64,000 bases of DNA from Candidatus Kerfeldbacteria bacterium (GTDB lineage: Bacteria; Patescibacteriota; Patescibacteriia; UBA10025; JAHIVO01). The notes beneath the pieces are model-generated. The model searched no databases. It saw only the letters and a list, made by a program, of their open reading frames with translations, and had not been told where the DNA came from. Shown here piece by piece: positions 10,179-21,534 of this stretch (position 1 is the first letter of the stretch; each line of letters begins with the position of its first letter). The DNA lies in the NCBI GenBank assembly GCA_047946875.1, contig CP181398.1:399154-463153 (forward strand), written 5' to 3'. Both the position numbers and the translations under genes were made by a program.

Positions 10179-13100
10179 TTAGACTTTCTTTTTTATTACC
10201 ATTCTTTTGCAGAATTTACCAGCTGAGTCTGCTAGGGAATAAAGTACAGGTATGGCTACTAAGGTGCCAATAGTAGAAAATACCAATCCAGTAATAATGG
10301 CAGTGCCTAGGCCGGTCCAGAACGGGTCATAGATTGTAAGTGGGAGAATACCACCAATAGTTGTAATAGATGTTGAGAAAATAGGTTTGAATCTAGAGCG
10401 ACCAGTTCGAACCAATAGCTCTGTCATGGTTTCTTCGGGGAATTCTTGTCGATATCTATTGAAGGCAGCGATTAGTACAATGGCATCATTTACCACAATT
10501 CCAACTAGAGCTATTACACCAAGTCCTGAAATCATATTCAAACTACTACCAACTAACATAAGTCCAGGGAAAACACCGATTAAGGCTAAGGGGACAGCAA
10601 ACAATATTAAGGCTGGTTGGAAATATGAGTAAAATTGCCAGACAAGTATCAAATAAACTGCGACCATAGCTAATAAAAATATGATTTGAAGATTCTCAAA
10701 ATCGCCAGTAAATTCTGAATATTCTCCGCCGTATTTAACACCATCTTTTGTTAACCCATATTCTTCTAATTTATTCTCTGTTAGATAATCTATAATTTTC
10801 GTATTCAGTAGGGCTACATCAGCATTTTCGTTAACAGCAATATTTATAGTAGCAGCTCTTTCGCCATCTAGCCTAGTGATACTAATCGGGGTTTCTACAT
10901 TTTTTACTTCTGCCACTTCGCTAAGTTTTACGAAACCTCGAGTTGTAGATGGTATGATAATATTGTTTAAGTCATCTATGGAATCGGTGGAAAGGTCAGA
11001 AAATTCGATAATAATATCATCTGACTGTCCGTTTGAAGTAACTGCGACGGATCCAATATTTTGTGGACTGAAAGTCGAATTAATAGTACCAGCGGCTATC
11101 ATTGAATTTACACCTAGGCGGGTTAGGTTTGCACTATTTAATTCTACCTCTATGGAAGGAATTAATAATTCTTCCCTTTCATTATAAATTTTACTGACAC
11201 TACCATCTTCATTTAGAAAATTTATAAGATCGTTAGTGGCATTGGCCAATGATTCATCGGTATTACCCAGGAATTCAACTACAATATCATATTCTGAAAC
11301 AGGAGGACCAAAGGTAACAGCTTGCGCTTTGATAGATATATCGTCGCTTATGTTGCTTCTAATTTTATCTAAGTTTTTATCTAGAATTACTTCGATATCA
11401 AATATTTCAGTATTATCATGTCGGTCTACTGGCTCTGTAAAGGTAGCATAGATAGTATCCCCAAAAGTGTAAAAAGTTTCAAAATATGGAAGTGTAATTA
11501 TTTCATTTTGGACTTGGATAAATACTTCTTCTTTGTCTTCAAAAGCCATTCCAGATGGGAAGGTGAAGTCTGTTTGGATATTTGCACCGTCTTTGGAAGG
11601 GAACTGTTCAAATGGCAATTTTGGTGCGAACAGACCGAAGCTTATTACAAGTAAAATAGCCATGAAGGCTATTACTCCAATTTTTAGATAGGTCTTATTG
11701 AATATTTTTTTCATCATATTCGCGTATGCGATAGTAAGATTATTAATGGCATTTTGACCATAATGAATTATCGCAGGAATAATAAGCATTTTTTGCCACG
11801 GTTTTACTTTCTGAGCTCGTCTTTCTTCGTAGGTTTCTTCTTTTAGAATCCAGCTACCTAATAGTGGCATGATCGTCAGAGCTACAAAATATGAAGTAGC
11901 GATTATTAACATGATTGTAAATGGGATGAACTTCAAGAAATCACCCATAATCCCTCCAAGATTTGCAAAAGGTATAAAGACAACAATAGTAGATAGAGTA
12001 GCTGCTAAAACAGCAGGTCCTAATTTTCGAACAGCAATTAGGGCGGCTTGCACTTTTTTAGCTCCCTTTTCTAATTCATGGACCATTCCTTCAGCGATGA
12101 CAATAGCATTGTCTACAAGTATTCCCAAGGTCAGGATCATGGCAAATAATGTTAGAATATTTAGAGTGAAGTCTAACAGCTTCATCAAAAATAAACTTAT
12201 CAAAATAACGATTGGTATAACTAAAGCAACTACTAAAGCAGTTCTTAAATTAATAAAGAATAAAAGTACGATCAGGATAAGGATCAAACCAATATACCCA
12301 TTGTTTAAGAGACTATCTAATTGATTTTTCACATAAGGGGCGATAGAATAGGAGACGACTAAATTAATATCATCCGGAAGAATGTCTGATTTTTCTATTT
12401 CATCAATTTTTTCATTAACACTATTAAAGATATTTATAACATCACCATTATCTTTTTTGAAAACCATAAAATAAACTGATTCTTTGGCAAAAGATTCTTC
12501 ATCCTTGTTGTAGCCTACGTAGTGAGCAGAGTCTATATTTTTTGGACTTCGAGTTATAGTGGCAACGTCTTTTAGTGATACTCTACCTAAATTTATATTT
12601 TGGATGTCCTCAAGTGTTTGAATTGGAGCATTGATAGTAATCGATTTCTTAATGCCAAGTTCATCTTCTACGCTTCCTCCTGGTAGGGAAATAATTTGGG
12701 ATTGTATTACACTTTTTATTAATTCATAGCTGAGCTGGTATTTTGATAATTCTGCTGCATCAAGAGTTATTTTAATCACATATTCATTAGTTGGAGATAT
12801 TTCTATACGATCAATATCATTAGAGGATGATTCTAGTTCTGTTTTTACAGCTGTTGCATATTGTAGTAATTCTTCCGTTGTTTGATCATTATTGCCGACT
12901 AAACCAAGAGCGATAGAAGGACCAGCTGCGTCTACAGTTTGGATGGTAGTTTCAACTTCTGAAGGTAATCTAAGTTTATTAATTTCATTGGTTAGGGTGG
13001 TGATTGATTCATCAATCTTTGATGAATCTGTAAGGATTATTTGTATATGAGCAAAACTATTACGAGTAGATGATCTTACATAGTCTACAGTATCCATAGT

Positions 13101-13340
13101 AGTGGCAATTTGTTCTATCGGAACTACAACCTGTTGTTCAACGTCGGCCGGTGATGCTCCAGGATATACTGCACTAACAAAGATAAAGTTGATTGGGACG
13201 GATGGGAAGTCCTGTCTCTGGTTATTGGTGACACCCCATATTCCTGCTATTACTATAGTGATAAGTATGAGGATGCTTATTCTGTATCTGGTTATAAAAA
13301 ATTTAGACCAGCGTGTCATGAAAGATTCATTTTTTTCCAT
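10179..13340 (-). CDS. RND efflux permease (AcrB/SwrC family)
   Basis: 1053 aa. YPGASPADVE, LGILVDNAIV, GIVVNDAIVL, RFKPIFST. No adjacent MFP/OMF gene. Confidence 0.95.
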   Translation of the reverse strand: MEKNESFMTRWSKFFITRYRISILILITIVIAGIWGVTNNQRQDFPSVPINFIFVSAVYPGASPADVEQQVVVPIEQIATTMDTVDYVRSSTRNSFAHIQIILTDSSKIDESITTLTNEINKLRLPSEVETTIQTVDAAGPSIALGLVGNNDQTTEELLQYATAVKTELESSSNDIDRIEISPTNEYVIKITLDAAELSKYQLSYELIKSVIQSQIISLPGGSVEDELGIKKSITINAPIQTLEDIQNINLGRVSLKDVATITRSPKNIDSAHYVGYNKDEESFAKESVYFMVFKKDNGDVINIFNSVNEKIDEIEKSDILPDDINLVVSYSIAPYVKNQLDSLLNNGYIGLILILIVLLFFINLRTALVVALVIPIVILISLFLMKLLDFTLNILTLFAMILTLGILVDNAIVIAEGMVHELEKGAKKVQAALIAVRKLGPAVLAATLSTIVVFIPFANLGGIMGDFLKFIPFTIMLIIATSYFVALTIMPLLGSWILKEETYEERRAQKVKPWQKMLIIPAIIHYGQNAINNLTIAYANMMKKIFNKTYLKIGVIAFMAILLVISFGLFAPKLPFEQFPSKDGANIQTDFTFPSGMAFEDKEEVFIQVQNEIITLPYFETFYTFGDTIYATFTEPVDRHDNTEIFDIEVILDKNLDKIRSNISDDISIKAQAVTFGPPVSEYDIVVEFLGNTDESLANATNDLINFLNEDGSVSKIYNEREELLIPSIEVELNSANLTRLGVNSMIAAGTINSTFSPQNIGSVAVTSNGQSDDIIIEFSDLSTDSIDDLNNIIIPSTTRGFVKLSEVAEVKNVETPISITRLDGERAATINIAVNENADVALLNTKIIDYLTENKLEEYGLTKDGVKYGGEYSEFTGDFENLQIIFLLAMVAVYLILVWQFYSYFQPALILFAVPLALIGVFPGLMLVGSSLNMISGLGVIALVGIVVNDAIVLIAAFNRYRQEFPEETMTELLVRTGRSRFKPIFSTSITTIGGILPLTIYDPFWTGLGTAIITGLVFSTIGTLVAIPVLYSLADSAGKFCKRMVIKKKV

Positions 13341-13612
13341 ATTTTTATACTTTTTTTAATATTTATTATTACTTAATTGTAGCTAATACTATCTATTTTT
13401 TAGTTATAAGTCAATCGTGCTTTTGTATTGTTAATACTTAACAAATCTGAAATTTATATATTTTTTAAAAAAAAGACCTTCTTATTACGAAGGTCTGGTT
13501 AATATATAACTAATGCAATTATTGCAAAATAATCTCTCAAAGAAAGCATCTAGAATTTTTGGTGAATAGTGTGAGTTTTTTTATTATCAATTTCTTATTT
13601 TCCCATCATTAT

Positions 13613-13798
13613 TCAATATTTTTGTATTAATATGCTTGCAAAGCCCAAGATAAATATTACAAAACATATTAAACAACAGTTTAAACGTTTTTTACCAATT
13701 CGATCACAATGTTCACAAACACTAGTGTTAGAGTTTGATTTATTATCGCCAATATCCTTTTGGCAATACATACAAGTGTTAACATCGCTTGATGTCAA
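13613..13798 (-). CDS. Small zinc-ribbon + C-terminal TM protein
   Basis: CMYC...CEHC, then a hydrophobic helix. AAGGGG SD before the TTG start. Confidence 0.5.
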   Translation of the reverse strand: MTSSDVNTCMYCQKDIGDNKSNSNTSVCEHCDRIGKKRLNCCLICFVIFILGFASILIQKY

Positions 13799-13953
13799 TA
13801 TAGGTGCCCCCTTATTTTTTTAATGTTAAATAACTATTTTATAATCAATAAAAATACCATTTTCTTATATTTATGTCAATATGTAAATTTAATATTTGAA
13901 ATAAATATATGGTATACTACGTATTACTTATAAACGCCTGATTTTTGAATATT

Positions 13954-14538
13954 ATGAACTTTAACGGCGATTGTCAAAACAAAACAGACAATGAACTAGT
14001 AAAACTAGTTTTAGAAAATGCTGAATGGTACGGTTGTTTAATGCAGAGGTATGAAGAGAAGTTGGCTAGGTATATATACAGAATTTCAGGTAATTCACAG
14101 GAAGACATAGAAGATCTTCTGCAGGAAATATTTTTAGCAGTATATAGGAATTTGAATGATTTTGATAATAATCTAAAATTTTCTTCTTGGATTTACCGGA
14201 TAACCCATAATCATGTCATTAGTAATCACCGAAAGATAAAGGCACGGATAAAACAGATTAATGGAGAAGATGGTGAAAAGTTATTAAGCATAATGAAAGA
14301 TAACAAAGATTTAGGAGAAATTATAAATGACAAAATAACTGGTGAGGTACTGAGTAAATTATTAGATCAAATTGATGGTAAATACAAAGAAGTTTTGGTA
14401 TTACGATATTTAGAAGAGAAAGAGTACAATGAAATTTCAGACATTCTGAAGAAACCTGTTGCTACTATTGGGACACTATTAAGTAGAGCTAAAAAAAATA
14501 TGCATACTATAATTATAAAAGAAGGGATAGAACTATGA
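13954..14538 (+). CDS. ECF RNA polymerase sigma factor
   Basis: EDLLQEIF, FSSWIYRITHN, region-4 YNEISDILKKPVATIGTLLSRAK. Confidence 0.93.
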   Translation: MNFNGDCQNKTDNELVKLVLENAEWYGCLMQRYEEKLARYIYRISGNSQEDIEDLLQEIFLAVYRNLNDFDNNLKFSSWIYRITHNHVISNHRKIKARIKQINGEDGEKLLSIMKDNKDLGEIINDKITGEVLSKLLDQIDGKYKEVLVLRYLEEKEYNEISDILKKPVATIGTLLSRAKKNMHTIIIKEGIEL

Positions 14539-15305
14539 GTAAAGTAACAGACAAAATATTAGAGACTATTAAGTCTAAACATATTGCGCCTAAACCACAT
14601 TGGCAGTTTTTGATAAAAAGATATCTAATCTGGTCAATGGCAATACTTTCAACGATTATTGGTAGTTTTTCATTTAGCGTATTAATATTTAAGATTGTTA
14701 ATAGTGATTGGGATATATATAGATATTTGGATAGAAATGTATTTGAACATATGTTTACTACTTTGCCATATATTTGGTTTGTATTTTTAGCACTATTCAT
14801 AATTCTAGCTTATTACAATGCAAGACATACTAAAGGGGCATACAAATATCAAGCATATTGGTTTGTGGTAGCAAGTATCTTAGTTAGTATGATTTTGGGA
14901 GGTATATTTTATGCATTTGGATTTGCACCTAGGGTAAATTTATTTGCAGAGCGACTACCAATATTACGTGACTTGATGCAGAATAGAGATGAAATATGGT
15001 TAGATCCTAGTAATGGTTTATTAGCTGGGGAAATTACAGAGATGCTAAGCGGTGTAGGAATGTTTGAGTTAAAAGATTTTGATAACAACGTTTGGATTAT
15101 TATTTCTTCTGATGAGTTAGTAATACCATCACATTTAGAAATATTAAAAGGAGTGAAAGTAAGAATAATAGGAGAGTTACAAGATAAAGAAATTTTTGAA
15201 GCAGATCGAATAATGCCTTATCAAATGGGCCCTGGAATTATAAAGGGTGGGATTAATAAAGAAGAAGCATGTAGAAAATCTAGTAATTGCAAAATATTCA
15301 AGTAG
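14535..15305 (+). CDS. Membrane protein coupled to the ECF sigma (putative anti-sigma)
   Basis: ATGA overlap with the sigma stop, 3 TM plus a C-terminal beta-rich domain. Role inferred from position. Confidence 0.65.
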   Translation: MSKVTDKILETIKSKHIAPKPHWQFLIKRYLIWSMAILSTIIGSFSFSVLIFKIVNSDWDIYRYLDRNVFEHMFTTLPYIWFVFLALFIILAYYNARHTKGAYKYQAYWFVVASILVSMILGGIFYAFGFAPRVNLFAERLPILRDLMQNRDEIWLDPSNGLLAGEITEMLSGVGMFELKDFDNNVWIIISSDELVIPSHLEILKGVKVRIIGELQDKEIFEADRIMPYQMGPGIIKGGINKEEACRKSSNCKIFK

Positions 15306-15330
15306 ATTTTCAAAATTTGGGTAAAATAAA

Positions 15331-15357
15331 AAAGGAGTCGGTTGAACCAACTCCTTT
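15331..15357. terminator. Bidirectional terminator
   Basis: AAAGGAGTCGG-TTGAA-CCAACTCCTTT between convergent genes. Confidence 0.7.
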
Positions 15358-15382
15358 ATTTGAATAGGTAATGTGTGAGTGA

Positions 15383-15934
15383 CTATTTCACTCCAACTGC
15401 TTTTTTGATCTCACTTTTGACTGATTCTCTGACCATAGCTTCAAAAATTATAGCCAGCACATAAGCGATGAGAAATACGACAGCAGTCAGCACATGGTCA
15501 CTCATTGCCAGGAAAACCACTAGACCGAATTTCATGATGACCTTATATGCCATAAGCCCTTTATTGAACAACAGTCTACCGATCCAATAGTGGTTCAGTT
15601 GATTCGCTTTTCCAGAAACATGAAACAACTGTATTATGACGACGGTTAGCTGAATCACGATGAACACTACCCAGACCCAGACCACAACCAGGTTTTCAAA
15701 TTTAGACACCCAGTCCTCTGATTGGTAGATACTGAGATACAGAATCACGTTCAGGGATGCTAATATCAACATCCCGACAAGAGTCCACACGGGACCCATG
15801 ATCTTTTGGAAGAAGTTTTTCCTTTTGTATTCAAGAGTCTCCCACACTCGTCTGATAGCATCTTCGTGTGCCGGTGAAACAAGCAGTCTACGGAGCAGCT
15901 TTTCTTCGGTTCTGGTAAGTTCTCTTTTTGCCAT
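15383..15934 (-). CDS. Hypothetical membrane protein (~4 TM)
   Basis: SD GGAG, own promoter, hydrophobic segments. Confidence 0.8.
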   Translation of the reverse strand: MAKRELTRTEEKLLRRLLVSPAHEDAIRRVWETLEYKRKNFFQKIMGPVWTLVGMLILASLNVILYLSIYQSEDWVSKFENLVVVWVWVVFIVIQLTVVIIQLFHVSGKANQLNHYWIGRLLFNKGLMAYKVIMKFGLVVFLAMSDHVLTAVVFLIAYVLAIIFEAMVRESVKSEIKKAVGVK

Positions 15935-15989
15935 GATAATTTCTCCGATTCTATAAAGGGACGTTGTTTGTTTTTCTATTTAACAGAAC

Positions 15990-16018
15990 ATAATAGCAGA
16001 TCGTATCTTATTTGTCAA
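15990..16018 (-). promoter_or_regulatory. Sigma70 promoter for the 15383-15934 gene
   Basis: TTGACA-17 bp-(TGc)TATTAT on the minus strand. Confidence 0.7.
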
Positions 16019-16107
16019 GGCTTACTTTGGTATACTTTTGAAATATATAATATTGACATAAAGGATATAATTGGTATATGTTTATATATAGATATAAATT
16101 AATAATT

Positions 16108-16431
16108 ATGAATAAAAATATGGGTACACCAGAAGGATCAATAGATTTATTAAAAGAAGAAATGGAAAAAAAGGTAGGATGGTTTAAATCATCATTAGAT
16201 CTTCTATTAGAAAATGCCGATGCTGGAAATTGGTCGCAAGTTTCCTATTCTAAAATTGAAGATAGGGTGTTTGCTGCTAAGGATGGACTTACCCGCGACA
16301 ATATTGATGATATGATAGAAAAAGTTACTAAGGTAAAGGAATTATATACAGAAGCAAATAATAAAAGTGAGGTACCAGAGGAATTTCAAGTTGAGATTCA
16401 CAGAATGTTAAGTCATCTACAGACAATGTAA
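16108..16431 (+). CDS. Hypothetical helical protein (possible paralog of 22449)
   Basis: Acidic helical ORF sharing a spaced motif with 22449..22760. Confidence 0.7.
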   Translation: MNKNMGTPEGSIDLLKEEMEKKVGWFKSSLDLLLENADAGNWSQVSYSKIEDRVFAAKDGLTRDNIDDMIEKVTKVKELYTEANNKSEVPEEFQVEIHRMLSHLQTM

Positions 16432-16702
16432 TAAAAATTAGTTATAGTTAAACAAAATACCCTTTTGCTTACAGGCAGGTAGGAGTGACAAAAGGATAAA
16501 TGTTTACTATGAAATAATATTGAATAACTTGCGTATTAATAGATATAATCACTGATTTTGGTTATAATAAATTTATGTTTTATCTAAGATATCTTAAAAA
16601 ATGAAATTAAATAGTTTTAAATACGTATATATAAGCATAAGGCCGTTAATTTGGAATTATGTTAATTTAGGCCAGTATTAATTAGTTAAAATAAGAATAA
16701 AT

Positions 16703-17383
16703 ATGTCTAATATCATAGAAGCAAACAAGCTTACAAAAAAATATAAAGATGGTGACTCAGAAACAGTCGCCCTAGATAATGTTACTATTGCCTTGCCAGA
16801 GAAAGAAAGTATGGTGATAATTGGGACTTCCGGGTCCGGTAAAACTACTTTATTACAGTTATTAGGTGGACTGGATTTTCCGACTTCAGGTGAGGTGATA
16901 ATCGGAGGAGAAAAAATTAATAGTCTAGATGATAATAGTCTATCAAAATTTCGAAATCAAACAATTGGATTTGTATTTCAATTTTTTCATTTACAAGATT
17001 ATCTGACTGCCAAAGAAAATATTGCTCTACCATTAATTCTAGATGGTAAAAGTGAGGAAGAGGCAGATAAAAGAGCAATAGAGTTATTGAAACAAATTAA
17101 TTTAGAAAATAGAACCAATCACACTCCAGCAAAAATGTCAGGTGGAGAAATGCAGAGAGTAGCCATCGCTAGAGCACTGGCTAACAATCCAAAGATAATT
17201 TTAGCAGATGAGCCAACTGGTAATCTTGACAAAGCTAACGCTGAAAATATTTTAGAGCTTTTTGATGAGATTTCTAAGACGGGGGTTAGTGTTCTGATGA
17301 TTACGCACGATGAGAATATGGCAAATCGTTATAATCATGTAGTGCATTTAGATAAGGGACAAATTAAAAAAGAAGGAAAATAA
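16703..17383 (+). CDS. MacB/LolD-type ABC ATP-binding protein
   Basis: [34 protein letters not shown]. Confidence 0.95.
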   Translation: MSNIIEANKLTKKYKDGDSETVALDNVTIALPEKESMVIIGTSGSGKTTLLQLLGGLDFPTSGEVIIGGEKINSLDDNSLSKFRNQTIGFVFQFFHLQDYLTAKENIALPLILDGKSEEEADKRAIELLKQINLENRTNHTPAKMSGGEMQRVAIARALANNPKIILADEPTGNLDKANAENILELFDEISKTGVSVLMITHDENMANRYNHVVHLDKGQIKKEGK

Positions 17384-17387
17384 ATAT

Positions 17388-19223
17388 ATGAAATTCAGTT
17401 ACATAAATAAGTTAAATATAAAAAAATTAAAAAAATATAAAGCTAAGTCATCTTTTTTAATTATTCCAATTACATTTCTGATGGCTATCGGTATTTTAGT
17501 TTCCAGTCAGGCTGGTAATATTATGGAAGCTTCAGAAGAAGTTATTTTTGGGACAGCCGCAGAGCAGGGTAAATTTATAGCTTTGACTCCTGATCAGGGA
17601 GACAGCGAACATAATTTTAGATCTTTGTTTGGTGGTGATGCAGAATATTTGGAAAGTGATCTAGATATTATTAATGCTATTCCTAATGTTGAAGCTGCTG
17701 GTTTGCCAGTTAGATTACCGATAGACCAAGTTGTCACTGAGGATTTGTTTGAAGATGTCTCATTGAATATAAATAATATCCAGGTAATATCTGAAGATTT
17801 GGCCGGTCAATATACTGATCAAGACTTTTCTCATGAAGATGGAGAACCTATTCCTATCATTTTGAATGCTAATGGTTTTATTAGAAATTTTGAGGATTGG
17901 GGAGGGCAAGATGAATTTACCTTAGAGTTTACGGGTATGAGACAAGGGGGTAATAGAGAAGCAATCGAAGCGCAACTACCTTTCAAAACAGAAGCATTGA
18001 CTTATGATCGAGATGATATGTTGGGTCAAGAATTTACAATTCAGTTTGGTGGATTTACTCCAGTCCAAACATATGAACAGGAATTTGCAACTAGTGGAGT
18101 CTTGTATCGAAATTTAACTGAAGAGCAGATTCAAGTCAATGAAGATCAGCGTAGAAATGATCTAAATTCTTATTGGGATTATGATGAATTAAATACTCCA
18201 ATAGAATATACCTTCAAAGTAGTAGGGGTTATCGAAGAAGAAGGTATCTATTCAAATTATATTCCTTCAACTTTTGCTACTCAGTTAGTAGAAGATTATA
18301 TTCAGAAACAACTTGATTCTAGAAATGATACAGAGATAGCTGTAGATGATCTTAATAATATTTACAATGGTTTAACTTTTGATGGATTAGAATTGTCTGG
18401 TGGTGGATCTGTTGGTATTGGTTCTGTGAAAATTGGGGGTGGAGGTATGGGATTATTTTCTGGAACAACAGATGAAGAAGAGGAGGTAGTCGCTACATAT
18501 ACTATTCCCGGCTTGGTAATAAATACCGAAAGGGTAGAAGGTGATACAGATGCTTTTTCACAAAGAATGTTTGGATCTTCAGCTACGCCGTTGGGCGAGT
18601 ATACCGACCCAACAGTTTTTGAACAATCAGTTTATAAAGCAAGTGCTATTTTGATAAAAGTAAATGATATTGAGAATAGAGCTCAAGTAGTAACTGATTT
18701 GAATGATGCTGGGTATGCTTATCAGGATTTGAACGATCAAGAGGTATTTGCAGAACTACAAGCTAGTCTGAATTATGCTACCAGTATTGTTACTATCTCA
18801 TTTATTATTTTAACTGCTGTAATTATTATTTTGACTATGGGTAAGTTTGTTTCAGAAAGTAGGAAAGAGATTGGTGTTTTCCGAGCGATCGGTGCTACCA
18901 AGGGTGATATTAAAAAATTATTTATGTCCCAGGCGTTATTATATACTCTGATTGGTTATATAGTTGGTTCTTTGTTAGGGATTAGCTTGGTCCTGCTGTC
19001 AGCTAAGCCAGTACAGTTATGGTTTGATTCATTCATTGACAATACAGTTGATGAGACATTTGCAGTTGTACAGACGACCAATGCTGGAATATTTGCCCAA
19101 GTAGATTGGCAGATGTTAGGTATTTATACATTATTACTGCTTGTAATATCTTTAACCATATCTTTGATACCAGCAACACGAGCTTCAAGAGTTTCACCAG
19201 TTCAAGCAATTAAGAATGAGTAA
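17388..19223 (+). CDS. FtsX/MacB-type ABC permease with large acidic extracellular loop
   Basis: N-terminal TM, ~420-aa loop, RKEIGVFRAIGA, PATRASRVSPVQAI. Confidence 0.9.
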   Translation: MKFSYINKLNIKKLKKYKAKSSFLIIPITFLMAIGILVSSQAGNIMEASEEVIFGTAAEQGKFIALTPDQGDSEHNFRSLFGGDAEYLESDLDIINAIPNVEAAGLPVRLPIDQVVTEDLFEDVSLNINNIQVISEDLAGQYTDQDFSHEDGEPIPIILNANGFIRNFEDWGGQDEFTLEFTGMRQGGNREAIEAQLPFKTEALTYDRDDMLGQEFTIQFGGFTPVQTYEQEFATSGVLYRNLTEEQIQVNEDQRRNDLNSYWDYDELNTPIEYTFKVVGVIEEEGIYSNYIPSTFATQLVEDYIQKQLDSRNDTEIAVDDLNNIYNGLTFDGLELSGGGSVGIGSVKIGGGGMGLFSGTTDEEEEVVATYTIPGLVINTERVEGDTDAFSQRMFGSSATPLGEYTDPTVFEQSVYKASAILIKVNDIENRAQVVTDLNDAGYAYQDLNDQEVFAELQASLNYATSIVTISFIILTAVIIILTMGKFVSESRKEIGVFRAIGATKGDIKKLFMSQALLYTLIGYIVGSLLGISLVLLSAKPVQLWFDSFIDNTVDETFAVVQTTNAGIFAQVDWQMLGIYTLLLLVISLTISLIPATRASRVSPVQAIKNE

Positions 19224-19779
19224 ATTTATGGCATTAAGCACGAAGAAAAAAACTATAATGTTTACTCTGGCCGGTTTGATTGTATTAACAGTTTTTGTTT
19301 CAGCGTACGTAATAATGTTTGAAAAAGATTCGTTTGTAGTAGCTCTTGAGCAAGAAGGAGTTTTAATAGATGAAGTAAAAGATGAAATCTTGGCTACAGC
19401 TAAGGCGCTTGAATCTAAAGTTGAATCTGGGGAAATAACCGAAGATGAAATGAAAATAGATGTTCAGAGAACGTTAACCGAAGCTCTGCGTAAACTAGTC
19501 TCTTCTGAAGAAATAACTCAACGTGAAATGACTGATCAAATGGAAAGTTATTATGAATCTACTGGGGGTATTGATAGTCAAAGGACAGGCGATCTTGCAG
19601 AATTCTGTGAAAGAATAAATAGTGGTGAAGCTAGAACTGGTATGGGTGGGAGCATGGGCGGAGGAGATAAATTTGCTCAGATGCAATCACTCTGTTCGGA
19701 TAATATCTATACAGATGAAGAAATAGCAATATTTAATGATATTCAAAGCCAAAGAGGTTCTGGGAGTTTTAGTCGTTAA
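19216..19779 (+). CDS. Single-TM protein in the ABC operon
   Basis: Overlaps the permease stop. N-terminal TM, helical body, Gly/Met-rich segment between two Cys. Confidence 0.75.
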   Translation: MSKFMALSTKKKTIMFTLAGLIVLTVFVSAYVIMFEKDSFVVALEQEGVLIDEVKDEILATAKALESKVESGEITEDEMKIDVQRTLTEALRKLVSSEEITQREMTDQMESYYESTGGIDSQRTGDLAEFCERINSGEARTGMGGSMGGGDKFAQMQSLCSDNIYTDEEIAIFNDIQSQRGSGSFSR

Positions 19780-19838
19780 CATTATATATTAAATATAAAT
19801 GTATATGGTATAATACTACTATACTTTTCAAATACGTT

Positions 19839-21530
19839 ATGTTTTATCTTAGATATCTAAAAAATGAAATTGTAAGAAGGATAGGTAAAACAATTACCAT
19901 TTCTTTAGGACTGGCAATAGCTAGTGCTATTATAATCGTGATTATTTCTACCTCTCAGAGCTTGTCTAGTACACAGGAAACCGTATTAAATCCATTAGAA
20001 AATGTTGGTACAGATATTTTGGTAACAAGAACAGTCGATCTAGAATTAGGAATGAAGGATGAGGCAGCTGGTTATGATTATCTAAGAGAGAATATTGTCA
20101 GTACAGATTTGTCACAATACGGTAGTGCTGGAGATACTTTTACCCGAGATGTATTTCTATCCGGATCTTTATTAAGCTTTTCAGCTGATGAAGCAGATGA
20201 GCTAGATGAAACTTTGGTTGAGGATTATGCACTCGGCCTAATATTAAATGTTACTCATCAAGAAGGTGAGATACCTGAGATTGTTTCTGAGATAGAGACG
20301 GGGGGAGAAGAGATATTTATAGGAGGTCAGGAAGTTGTAGTACAGCAAGATATTGCACCTATGACCGCAGAAGAACAAGCAGTGGTAGATGCAGCTAAAG
20401 AAGCAATAATGAATAGTGGTACAAGTTTTAAAACTCCAGAAGGTAGATTACAAATGATGGACGCTATAAATGATGCAATGCCTGAGAGATTCAAAGGGTA
20501 TACAGAGACGTTTAAAACAGAAGACAGAACATTAATAACAGACAAGCAAATAATTCGTACAGAAATTGATGCTCCGGAAACCAATATTCAGACTGAAAAT
20601 TTTACAGTCGCCGGTGTTGATATTACCAAAGATAATATTGGACTAGTCTTACCTGATCAAGTCATAGAAGGTGAGTTCATATCTGGACCTGATGGAGTAA
20701 ATATAAGTAATGATTATGCTCAGAAAGAAGGTATTAATGTCGGTGATATATTTTCGCTGTATCAGAACAACGGTACAGAGCAATTTGATTTTGTAGTAGT
20801 CGGATTAGTAGAGCCTAAATTATACACAAATTCTGCTGATGTTTATTTACAATTGGAAGAATTACAAAGGTTATCAGACAGAGAAGATAGTATTAATATT
20901 ATGCTGGTCAAATCAACTGATGCATATTCTGTTGATGAAGTAAGTAAACAGTTGGAAGGTTTATTTACCAGTGCGCAGGTAACTGATTCGTCTGATACTG
21001 CGGATGAAGTGACTGGTAGTCTGATAGATGCCGCAAACCTTACTGATAAATTTGTCGGTCTGACAAGTATTATTGTAATGATCGCCGCATTTATAATTAT
21101 CAGTCTTTTGACAGTGCTATCTATTAACAAAAGAACCAGAGAGATAGGTACGCTAAAAGCTATTGGTTGGAGTAATCGTATAGTGGTTAGGCAAATATTG
21201 ATGGAGAATATCGTCCTGGGTATTTTTGGTGCTGCTCTAGGTATAGGGCTAGGTTTACTATCTATCGCCTTACTAAATAATTTTGATATCTCGTTCACTG
21301 CTGAGTTCATCTCTGGTAATGAAATTGATGAATTAAGCAGGAAATTTTTAGGTAGTGGTGAGTCTGCTGATCCTGTATCTACTTCATTTAATCTGAAAGT
21401 CGCTTATACATACTCGACACTTCTAATTGGTTCTTTGATTGCAATAGTAGCTTCAATAATCTCTGGTGGTATCGCGGCAATCAAATCATCAAGAATGAAA
21501 CCTTCGGAAGCATTACGTAATCTAGAATAA
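19839..21530 (+). CDS. FtsX/MacB-type ABC permease
   Basis: KRTREIGTLKAIGW, SSRMKPSEALR, 1+3 TM topology. Confidence 0.9.
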   Translation: MFYLRYLKNEIVRRIGKTITISLGLAIASAIIIVIISTSQSLSSTQETVLNPLENVGTDILVTRTVDLELGMKDEAAGYDYLRENIVSTDLSQYGSAGDTFTRDVFLSGSLLSFSADEADELDETLVEDYALGLILNVTHQEGEIPEIVSEIETGGEEIFIGGQEVVVQQDIAPMTAEEQAVVDAAKEAIMNSGTSFKTPEGRLQMMDAINDAMPERFKGYTETFKTEDRTLITDKQIIRTEIDAPETNIQTENFTVAGVDITKDNIGLVLPDQVIEGEFISGPDGVNISNDYAQKEGINVGDIFSLYQNNGTEQFDFVVVGLVEPKLYTNSADVYLQLEELQRLSDREDSINIMLVKSTDAYSVDEVSKQLEGLFTSAQVTDSSDTADEVTGSLIDAANLTDKFVGLTSIIVMIAAFIIISLLTVLSINKRTREIGTLKAIGWSNRIVVRQILMENIVLGIFGAALGIGLGLLSIALLNNFDISFTAEFISGNEIDELSRKFLGSGESADPVSTSFNLKVAYTYSTLLIGSLIAIVASIISGGIAAIKSSRMKPSEALRNLE

Positions 21531-21534
21531 ATTT